This document shows, one piece after another, positions 28,142 to 35,937 of a stretch of 43,527 nucleotides of DNA (its first letter is position 1; each line of letters opens with the position of its first letter). A program made the position numbers and the translations under genes. The notes under the pieces were generated by a model that had not been told where the DNA came from, did not search any database, and worked only from the letters and a program-made list of their open reading frames with translations. This stretch comes from an uncultured Candidatus Saccharibacteria bacterium. Its GTDB lineage: Bacteria; Patescibacteriota; Minisyncoccia; Phycocordibacterales; Phycocordibacteraceae. Location: contig CAYWQN010000002.1 of NCBI GenBank assembly GCA_964460875.1, forward strand, positions 1-43,527. Reading direction: 5' to 3'.

Positions 28142-28147
28142 CACAAA

Positions 28148-28180
28148 GAAAAATCCCGGTCCTAGCCGGGATTTTTCTTG
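28148..28180 (+). terminator. Intrinsic terminator after tatA
   Basis: GAAAAATCCCGG-TCCTAG-CCGGGATTTTTC followed by TTG. It ends the 23260-28141 operon. Confidence 0.75.
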
Positions 28181-28219
28181 TATTCTTGTGGGGAAAAGGG
28201 AAGAGTGCTCTAGAGGCAG

Positions 28220-28228
28220 TGCTACACT
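28220..28228 (+). promoter_or_regulatory. Extended -10-like box TGCTACACT, 6 nt upstream of the GTG start of the giant gene
   Basis: Same nonamer as at 21525-21533. No Shine-Dalgarno sequence intervenes. Confidence 0.4.
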
Positions 28229-28234
28229 GTAAAA

Positions 28235-31200
28235 GTGAAGATTTCATTAAGCGGCCCTGCCGCTTTAAGCGGGAATCAAAAAAGGACTAGGATACGCATT
28301 GCGGGCCTAGCGTTGTTTGTTGCGCTATATATAGGGCTTCCCGCCGCCGTAGAAGCTGCGTACCAGCAGTTCCTTCCAGGAACTGATATCTACTTTGGTG
28401 AATTCGTATACGACGATGACTTTGTAGCAACTACTACCGCAGGCTGCACCATGACGGTCTATGATCCGTCTGGCTCACTTGTGGTGAATGCGGCAACAAT
28501 GACCGTTGACCCCAATGGCTTCTACGCCTATTCCTTTACACCAACCGAAACCCGGGGGGTATGGCCCGCATCCATGTCCTGCGGATCGGCATTAAACGGA
28601 AGTCTGGTGAAGCTCGATAAGACGTTTGAGATATCAGACAATGTTGTTTCCTCTTCGTCCGTTGCTGCCCTAGTAAATGCGAATACGAATCTTGCGGTTG
28701 CGACCGCTTCCTCTTCGCTCTCAGCAACCCTTCCTAATTCCATTTGGGCCTTCTCAGGTCGCACTCTTACATCGTTCGGAACATTAGTAGCTGACATCTG
28801 GGCATCCGGCACTCGCACCCTTACCGGATTTGGCACCCTTGCGGCTGACGTGTGGACATCCGCAACACGTACACTCACCGCTGCCGGTCTCACCTCGGGA
28901 TCACTGGCTCTTCAGTCAGATGTCACCACCGCTAGTTCGTCACTGGGCACGGCCATCACGAACAGTCAAACGGCTATTAATGCGAACACGAACTCACAGA
29001 TACTTACTGCCTCAACATCGCTCGCGTCGTTCATCAATACGAACACCAACGCGATTGTGCTCGCCGCTTCAAGCTCGCTGGGAGCGCAATTCAACGTCCT
29101 GGGAGCGACTATTGCAGGCATACCGGCGGCGGTCTGGAATATCACTACCGCATCGCTCTCAAGCCCAGGATCGATAGGGAAGCTTATCGTGGATAACCTC
29201 GATGTCGCGGTATCGACGGTTTCGGGTGGTGGTGGCCTCACGGCGGTTGATATCTGGACCTATGGCACACGAACGCTCACCGCAGCAACCCTCTCTTCAG
29301 GAGCACTCGCGCTTCAGTCTGACGTGACGACCGCCTCCTCCTCTATTGCGGCAGTGGTCAATGGAAATACGAATGCACAGGTACTTGCCGCTTCCACCTC
29401 ACTTGCTTCGAACATCAACACCAACACCAATGCCATTGTTCTTGCTGCCTCCTCGTCCCTCGGTGCTCAGTTCTCATCTATAACGTCATCCATTGCTTCC
29501 ATTCCAACCAACGTTTGGGCCGCAGGGACGCGTACTCTGACCGGCTTCGGAACGCTCGCAGCTGACGTCTGGACCAACGGTACTCGTACGCTTACCGGTG
29601 CCGGTCTCTCGTCAGGCTCTCTTGCCACGCTGTCTGACCTACAGACAGCATCATCATCTCTTGGCGCCGCTATTACTAACAGCGAAACGGCAATTAATGC
29701 GAACACGGATGCTGAGGTGCTTGCGGCTTCCACCTCACTTGCGTCCAATATCAACACAAACACGAACGCACAGGTACTCACCGCTTCTACCTCCCTTGGT
29801 CTCTCGCTTTCATCAATCGCATCTTCTATTACTTCGATACCGGCGAACGTATGGGCAGCAGGCACGCGTACGTTAACTGGGTTCGGTACTCTTGCTGCTG
29901 ACGTTTGGACCAATGGCACCAGAACCCTTACCGGAGCCGGCTTGTCGTCTGGATCCCTTGCCACTTTGTCTGACGTACAGAACGCTTCAAGCTCAGTGGC
30001 TGCAGTCGTAAACTCAAATACCGACAGTCGAGTTGCAATTGCTACCTCCTCGCTTGCTGCGGTGGTGAATGCGAACACCAACGCAACCGTTCTTGCCGCT
30101 TCCTCCTCGCTTGGCGCTCAGTTCGGCACGCTCGCAACAGCAATATCAGGTGTACCTGCCGGAGTCTGGAACATCACTACCGCCTCGCTCTCAAGTCCGG
30201 GCACGATAGGGAAGCTCCTCGTGGATAACATCGATGTACCTATTTCAAGCGGTGGCAGTCTTACAGCAGCCGATGTATGGGCGTTCGGCTCTCGCACTCT
30301 TACCGCCGCAACGTTGAGTGCCGGTTCGCTTGCACTTCAGTCTGACGTAACCACCGCATCCAGCTCACTCGCTGCAGTTATTAATGCCAACACCAACAGC
30401 GCAACAGCAGGAGTTACGAGTAGCGTGAACAGCAACACCAATGCAACGGTACTTACTGCATCGTCATCCCTTGCAACCTCGATTCCAGTGAACGTATGGA
30501 ATGCATCAGTACGCACGCTTTCATCATTTGGCACACTCGCTACCGATGTGTGGAGCGCAGCAAGCAGGACCCTCACGGCAGCTGGGTTGACGAGTGGTTC
30601 GCTCGCAACGTTGTCTGATGTGCAGACGGCCTCAAGCTCACTCGGGACAGCAATAACAAATAGTCAAACGGCAATTAACGCGAACACCGACAGTAGGGTA
30701 GGTATCGCATCGTCATCTCTTGCTGCGGTCATCAATGCAAATACGAACCTCTCCGTTCTCACGGCGTCCACCTCGCTTGGTCTCTCGCTTTCATCGATAG
30801 CAACTTCGATCACTTCAATTCCTACCGCAGTGTGGGCCGCTGGCACACGCACTCTTACCGGGTTCGGCACCCTTGCAGCTGACGTTTGGACGAATGGCAC
30901 CAGGACCCTTACCGGTGCAGGTCTCACCTCAGGGTCCCTTGCCACGCTGTCTGACCTACAGACAGCATCATCATCTCTTGGCGCCGCTATTACTAACAGC
31001 GAAACGGCAATTAATGCGAACACGGATGCTAAAGTACTTGCAGCTTCCACCTCGCTTGCATCCAATATCAACACAAACACAAACGCTACGGTGCTCGCTG
31101 CGTCCTCATCTCTTGGCGCTCAGTTCTCCTCTATTACGTCCGCTATCACTGCAGTTCCAGCGGCAGTATGGAACGTCGCAAGCTCTACGCTCACCACTCC

Positions 31201-34200
31201 AGGTTCTATTGGCAAGCATATCGTTAACAACCTCGATATTGCGGTCTCGACTATTTCAAGCGGCAGTGCCATTACCCCTGCTGACATCTGGGCGTACGGT
31301 ACGCGCTCCCTCACCACAGCCGCACTTTCTTCAGGGGCGCTGGCCACCAATGCTGATATCAACGCAGCGACCACGAGTGTGAACACCACCATCGGTACTG
31401 CCTCTTCATCCCTGGCAGCGGTTATCAACACCAATACCAATACGCAGGTTCTTACGGCTTCAACTTCGCTTGGCGCTCAGTTCTCGTCGATCACCTCATC
31501 CATTGCTTCCATCCCAACCAACGTTTGGGCCGCAGGGACACGCACCCTTACCGGGTTCGGCACCCTTGCGGCTGACGTCTGGACGAACGGCACACGAACA
31601 CTCACTGGCGCAGGGTTGTCGTCTGGATCCCTTGCGACGTTGTCTGATGTACAGACCGCTTCGAGCTCTGTCGCTGCGGTCGTGAATGCAAACACTAATA
31701 GTGCGACGGCAGGAGTTACGAGTAGCGTGAACAGTAATACCAATGCAACGGTACTTGTTGCATCGTCATCCCTTGCAACCTCGATACCAATAAATGTATG
31801 GAATGCATCAGTACGCACCCTTTCATCATTCGGTACGCTTGCAACCGATGTCTGGAGCGCAGCATCACGCACGCTCACTGCAGCTGGCCTTACCTCAGGA
31901 TCGCTCGCGCTTCAGTCAGACGTGACTACCGCGTCCTCCTCACTTGGTGCGGCAATAACGAACAGTCAAACCGCCATTAACGCAAATACGGATAGCCGTG
32001 TGGCAGTAGCAACATCGTCACTTGCTGCGGTCGTGAATGCGAACACAAACGCAACCGTTCTTGCAGCATCGTCCTCACTTGGCGCTCAGTTCTCGTCGAT
32101 CACCTCATCCATTGCATCCATCCCAACCAACGTATGGGCGGCAGGGACGCGTACTCTGACCGGCTTCGGAACGCTCGCAGCTGACGTCTGGACCAACGGT
32201 ACTCGTACGCTCACGGCTGGCACGCTTTCGGCGGGGTCGCTCGCCTTGCAGTCTGACGTAACGACGGCATCTACCTCTCTTGGCACAGCGATAACCAATA
32301 GTCAGACGGCGGTGAACGCGAACACCAACGCGCAGGTACTAGCGGCCTCCACTTCGCTTGCGTCGAATATAAATACCAATACGAACGCACAGATTCTCGC
32401 AGCCTCTTCTTCGCTCGCAACCGCGATACCCGTGAATGTCTGGAACGCGTCAGTCCGCACGCTCTCGTCGTTCGGTACGTTCGCGACCGATGTTTGGAGC
32501 GCCGCTTCGAGGACGCTCACGGCGGCGGGTCTGACCTCGGGAAGTCTCGCAACCTTGTCTGACGTTCAGACCGCATCATCCTCTATCGCGGCCGTCGTGA
32601 ATGCGAACACGGACACGAGGGTGACCACGGCAACTTCCTCGCTTGCAGCCGTCATAAACGCCAACACGAATGCGCAGGTGTTAACGGCATCCACCTCGCT
32701 TGGCCTCTCGCTCTCATCAATTGCTTCGTCCATCACCTCAATTCCAGCAAACGTCTGGGCGGCGGGCTCGCGTACGCTCACCGGTTTTGGAACGCTCGCG
32801 GCTGATGTGTGGACGAACGGGACGAGAACACTTACCGCAGGCACCCTTACTTCAGGAACGCTCGCCTTGCAATCTGACGTGACGACGGCTTCGTCGTCCC
32901 TCGGCACCGCCATTACGAACAGCCAGACGGCGGTGAACGCAAATACGAACGCGACGGTGCTCGCCGCATCCACGTCACTTGCCGCAGGAACCGCTGCAAG
33001 CCAGACCGTCGTAAACGCAAACACCAATGCCGCAGTCTTGGCCGCATCGTCCTCGCTTGCAACTTCTATACCCGTGAACGTGTGGAATGCATCAGTCCGC
33101 ACGCTCTCGTCGTTCGGTACGCTCGCGACCGATGTTTGGAGCGCCGCTTCGAGGACGCTCACGGCGGCGGGTCTGACCTCGGGAAGTCTCGCAACCTTGT
33201 CTGACGTTCAGACCGCCTCGTCGTCTGTCGCTTCAGTAGTTAACGCAAACACCAGTGCTGCAGTTCTCGCCGCATCCACGTCGCTTGCCTCGAACATAAA
33301 CGCGAATACCAACGCGACGGTGCTCGCCGCGTCGTCGTCCTTGGGTGCGCAGTTCTCGTCGATTACCTCATCAATTAGCGCGCTGCCGGCTGCGGTCTGG
33401 AACGTCGCAAGCACCACCCTTACGACCCCAGGCTCGATAGGCAAGCATATCGTCGGCAACCTCGATATCGTCGTATCGTCGATATCGGGCGGCGGCGGAC
33501 TTACCGCAGCAGACGTCTGGGCGTACGGTACGCGCTCGCTCACCACAGCGGCACTCTCTTCCGGCTCATTGGCCACGAATGCTGACATAAATACCGCCAC
33601 CTCGACCCTCACCACGACTATCACGACCGCCTCCTCGTCTATCGCCGCAGTCGTGAATGCAAATACCAATAGCGCCACGGCAGGGGTGACGAGCGGCGTG
33701 AATAGCAACACAAACGCCGCCGTTCTCGCCGCATCGTCGTCGCTTGCGACCTCGATACCGGTGAATGTGTGGAATGCCTCGGTCCGAACCCTCACCAGCT
33801 TCGGCACTATCGCGTCTGACGTCTGGAGCGCTGCAACGAGGACGCTCACGGCAGGCACACTCACCTCAGGAACGCTTGCGCTCCAGTCTGACGTTCAGAC
33901 CGCGTCTTCCTCCCTTGGCTCGGCGATAACGAACAGTCAGACGGCGATAAATGCCAATACCGACAGCCGCGCCTCCATCGCATCCTCGTCGCTTGCGGCG
34001 GTGATAAATGCGAACACCAACGCACAGGTACAGACTGCGTCCACCTCGCTCGGCGCCACGCTTGCCGCGATGCCGGCTGCAGTATGGGCGTCAGCCACAA
34101 GGACGCTCACCTCAGGCGCCTCTATCGCCTCAGACATCTGGGCGGCAGGCACGCGCACCCTCACGTCCCTCACGCTCTCGTCGCAGTCGCCGTGGTCGGT

Positions 34201-35086
34201 CGGCATGTCTGACTTCAGCACCATCACGGCAGGCGAGACCTATCGCGCGACGGTGACGACGGTCTACAACGGCACGCTTACCGATTCGGCAAACCTGCCG
34301 ACCATCATCGTGTATGACGCAAACCGCAACGTGGTCGTGAACGGCGCCGCCATGACGCGCACCGCGGTAGGCACCTACGAATACAGCTACGTGACAAGCG
34401 TGAGCGCCGCAGGCGGCGTATGGGAGACCGTCGTGTCTGCCACGGTTGAGTCAGGGAAGACGTTGCCGGGCAACGACTACTGGAACGTCTCGGTCGCGCC
34501 GCCGCAGGTCATCATCCAGAGCATGAGCAATACCGTGGTGCCGAACATCACCGCGAACGTCCGCATCACGAACGAGGGTGATGTGCCCTACGAATACCAG
34601 TACGAATGGTGCGTCGTCTCGAGCCTCGCAAATGGCTGCGGCGGCGGCGATGATATCGCGTACGGATCGGCCGCGAAGCTCATCAATCCGCTCGAGAACT
34701 TCGACACCGTCCTGTCGGCAACCGTCCCCGCGGCCGGCACCTATTACTTCAAGGTCGCGGTCTACTACGGCTCTGACGTATCACGCGCAAGCCGCCAATT
34801 CGCCGCAACTGCAGCAACCACCTCCGGAGGCGGGGGTGGCGGAGGCGGAGGCGGAGGCGGCGGGGGAGGAGGCGGAACCCCGGTCCCCGGAAGCGGCAGC
34901 TGCGGAGGAAATGTCGCCGATATCAACTGCGACGGCCGGGTGAATGCCGTGGACTTTTCCATCATGCTTGCGTATTGGAAGACCCAGGCGCCGTTCCGTA
35001 ATCCGCGCGTCGACCTCAATACTGACGCGCGCGTCGACGCCGTCGACTTCTCGATACTCCTCTATCACTGGGGCGCCACACGCTAA
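28235..35086 (+). CDS. Giant (2,283 aa) tandem-repeat surface protein with N-terminal signal/anchor, poly-Gly linker and C-terminal type-I dockerin
   Basis: A single 6.85-kb ORF. N-terminus KRTRIRIAGLALFVALYIGLPAAVEAA. About 17 Ser/Thr/Ala/Asn-rich modules. Seventeen consecutive Gly codons. The C-terminus has two dockerin calcium-binding repeats, DINCDGRVNAVDFSIML and DLNTDARVDAVDFSILL. Confidence 0.85.
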   Translation: MKISLSGPAALSGNQKRTRIRIAGLALFVALYIGLPAAVEAAYQQFLPGTDIYFGEFVYDDDFVATTTAGCTMTVYDPSGSLVVNAATMTVDPNGFYAYSFTPTETRGVWPASMSCGSALNGSLVKLDKTFEISDNVVSSSSVAALVNANTNLAVATASSSLSATLPNSIWAFSGRTLTSFGTLVADIWASGTRTLTGFGTLAADVWTSATRTLTAAGLTSGSLALQSDVTTASSSLGTAITNSQTAINANTNSQILTASTSLASFINTNTNAIVLAASSSLGAQFNVLGATIAGIPAAVWNITTASLSSPGSIGKLIVDNLDVAVSTVSGGGGLTAVDIWTYGTRTLTAATLSSGALALQSDVTTASSSIAAVVNGNTNAQVLAASTSLASNINTNTNAIVLAASSSLGAQFSSITSSIASIPTNVWAAGTRTLTGFGTLAADVWTNGTRTLTGAGLSSGSLATLSDLQTASSSLGAAITNSETAINANTDAEVLAASTSLASNINTNTNAQVLTASTSLGLSLSSIASSITSIPANVWAAGTRTLTGFGTLAADVWTNGTRTLTGAGLSSGSLATLSDVQNASSSVAAVVNSNTDSRVAIATSSLAAVVNANTNATVLAASSSLGAQFGTLATAISGVPAGVWNITTASLSSPGTIGKLLVDNIDVPISSGGSLTAADVWAFGSRTLTAATLSAGSLALQSDVTTASSSLAAVINANTNSATAGVTSSVNSNTNATVLTASSSLATSIPVNVWNASVRTLSSFGTLATDVWSAASRTLTAAGLTSGSLATLSDVQTASSSLGTAITNSQTAINANTDSRVGIASSSLAAVINANTNLSVLTASTSLGLSLSSIATSITSIPTAVWAAGTRTLTGFGTLAADVWTNGTRTLTGAGLTSGSLATLSDLQTASSSLGAAITNSETAINANTDAKVLAASTSLASNINTNTNATVLAASSSLGAQFSSITSAITAVPAAVWNVASSTLTTPGSIGKHIVNNLDIAVSTISSGSAITPADIWAYGTRSLTTAALSSGALATNADINAATTSVNTTIGTASSSLAAVINTNTNTQVLTASTSLGAQFSSITSSIASIPTNVWAAGTRTLTGFGTLAADVWTNGTRTLTGAGLSSGSLATLSDVQTASSSVAAVVNANTNSATAGVTSSVNSNTNATVLVASSSLATSIPINVWNASVRTLSSFGTLATDVWSAASRTLTAAGLTSGSLALQSDVTTASSSLGAAITNSQTAINANTDSRVAVATSSLAAVVNANTNATVLAASSSLGAQFSSITSSIASIPTNVWAAGTRTLTGFGTLAADVWTNGTRTLTAGTLSAGSLALQSDVTTASTSLGTAITNSQTAVNANTNAQVLAASTSLASNINTNTNAQILAASSSLATAIPVNVWNASVRTLSSFGTFATDVWSAASRTLTAAGLTSGSLATLSDVQTASSSIAAVVNANTDTRVTTATSSLAAVINANTNAQVLTASTSLGLSLSSIASSITSIPANVWAAGSRTLTGFGTLAADVWTNGTRTLTAGTLTSGTLALQSDVTTASSSLGTAITNSQTAVNANTNATVLAASTSLAAGTAASQTVVNANTNAAVLAASSSLATSIPVNVWNASVRTLSSFGTLATDVWSAASRTLTAAGLTSGSLATLSDVQTASSSVASVVNANTSAAVLAASTSLASNINANTNATVLAASSSLGAQFSSITSSISALPAAVWNVASTTLTTPGSIGKHIVGNLDIVVSSISGGGGLTAADVWAYGTRSLTTAALSSGSLATNADINTATSTLTTTITTASSSIAAVVNANTNSATAGVTSGVNSNTNAAVLAASSSLATSIPVNVWNASVRTLTSFGTIASDVWSAATRTLTAGTLTSGTLALQSDVQTASSSLGSAITNSQTAINANTDSRASIASSSLAAVINANTNAQVQTASTSLGATLAAMPAAVWASATRTLTSGASIASDIWAAGTRTLTSLTLSSQSPWSVGMSDFSTITAGETYRATVTTVYNGTLTDSANLPTIIVYDANRNVVVNGAAMTRTAVGTYEYSYVTSVSAAGGVWETVVSATVESGKTLPGNDYWNVSVAPPQVIIQSMSNTVVPNITANVRITNEGDVPYEYQYEWCVVSSLANGCGGGDDIAYGSAAKLINPLENFDTVLSATVPAAGTYYFKVAVYYGSDVSRASRQFAATAATTSGGGGGGGGGGGGGGGGGTPVPGSGSCGGNVADINCDGRVNAVDFSIMLAYWKTQAPFRNPRVDLNTDARVDAVDFSILLYHWGATR
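28646..34194 (+). repeat. In-frame tandem repeat array (about 17 modules of roughly 100-125 aa, or 300-375 nt) inside the giant gene
   Basis: Recurrent peptide boxes (V/I)W-x3-(T/S)R(T/S)LT, GSLA(T/L)(L/Q)SDVxTASSS and NANTNxxVLAASSSL. Copies share identical stretches of 71, 93 and 94 nt. Confidence 0.9.
34826..34876 (+). repeat. 17 consecutive glycine codons (GGN microsatellite-like tract)
   Basis: The sequence reads gga ggc ggg ggt ggc gga ggc gga ggc gga ggc ggc ggg gga gga ggc gga, in the frame of the giant gene. Confidence 0.9.
34919..35083 (+). other. Dockerin type-I module (two EF-hand-like repeats) at the C-terminus of the giant protein
   Basis: D-x-N-x-D-(G/A)-x-V-x-x-x-D-F-S-I-(M/L)-L occurs twice, separated by about 20 residues. 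Confidence 0.8.
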
Positions 35087-35089
35087 TCT

Positions 35090-35935
35090 ATGAACTATCT
35101 TTACGCTATCGCACTGTTCTTGCTCCTCCTGGTCGCCGAGCCTGCCCAGGCGGCGCGCTTGTCGGTTGAAGCGCCGCTAGCCGCCGCCGAAGCGCCATTC
35201 TATCTTCCGGTAGTCCTTCAGACCGAGAACGATTCTATAAACGCCGTTACCGGCTCCATACTCGTCCCGCCCGGCATCACGATAGACAGCATCGACACTT
35301 CAGGCTCAGCCTTTGCGCTCTTTGCTGAAGGCCCGTCATATGTCCTGGCCTCACATGCCATCGAATTCACCGCAGGCGCCCCGCACGGCATAGCAGCAGG
35401 CGAAGTGGCGCTCCTCTTTATCGTGAAAGCGCATGCCATAGCGCCAGGAACCTATACCTTCACCCCGCAGAATATGTCTGCGTACGCGAACGACGGGGCT
35501 GGAAGTCCGGCAAGCATCGCTTTTTCATCGACGGCAGTATCCGTTGGCGCTCCTGGCTCGGTGCATGTGGATCCACCGAAGACTGAGCACGCAGCGCCCA
35601 TCATCGCGGCCATAGGCCAGGACGACTCCTTGTTCGAAGGGAAGTGGTTCGCCACCTTCTACGGCGGCGCTTCAGGAAGCGCGGTTGATCATTATCTCGT
35701 GCGCGAAGGGTGGTGGCACGGCACGGTAAAAGCGAACCGCTACTACGTGCTCGAAGACCAGCGCCGCACCACGACCCTCTGGATAACGGCAGTAGGCGAG
35801 AACGGCAAGAAAGTGACGACGGTTATTCCCGCCTTCGAGCCATGGCCGGAACGGCTTCTCTTCGCGGCAATCGTGCTTGTCGCAGGCGCGCTCGCGGCGC
35901 TCCTATGGAAGATGCGCCGAAGGCGTTCACACTAG
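35090..35935 (+). CDS. Membrane-anchored cohesin-like protein (281 aa)
   Basis: Sec-type signal (LLLLVAEPAQA). A roughly 130-aa beta-sandwich-like region shows the cohesin-like pattern (FYLPVVLQTENDSINAVTGSILVPPGITIDSID...GEVALLFIVKAHAIAPGTYTF). C-terminal TM plus basic stop-transfer tail (LLFAAIVLVAGALAALLWKMRRRRSH). Starts 3 nt after the dockerin gene. Confidence 0.55.
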   Translation: MNYLYAIALFLLLLVAEPAQAARLSVEAPLAAAEAPFYLPVVLQTENDSINAVTGSILVPPGITIDSIDTSGSAFALFAEGPSYVLASHAIEFTAGAPHGIAAGEVALLFIVKAHAIAPGTYTFTPQNMSAYANDGAGSPASIAFSSTAVSVGAPGSVHVDPPKTEHAAPIIAAIGQDDSLFEGKWFATFYGGASGSAVDHYLVREGWWHGTVKANRYYVLEDQRRTTTLWITAVGENGKKVTTVIPAFEPWPERLLFAAIVLVAGALAALLWKMRRRRSH

Positions 35936-35937
35936 CC

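Noticed and set aside
28646-34194. Periodic repeats that could be mistaken for a CRISPR array or a satellite
   Set aside because: The repeats lie in one continuous reading frame and are conserved at the protein level with synonymous divergence. There is no repeat-spacer alternation and there are no cas genes.
35710-35937. Upstream extension of the second cohesin gene across the first one
   Set aside because: It overlaps the well-supported 35090-35935 ORF in another frame and is Arg-rich. ATG 35938, 2 nt after the upstream stop, gives a proper signal peptide.
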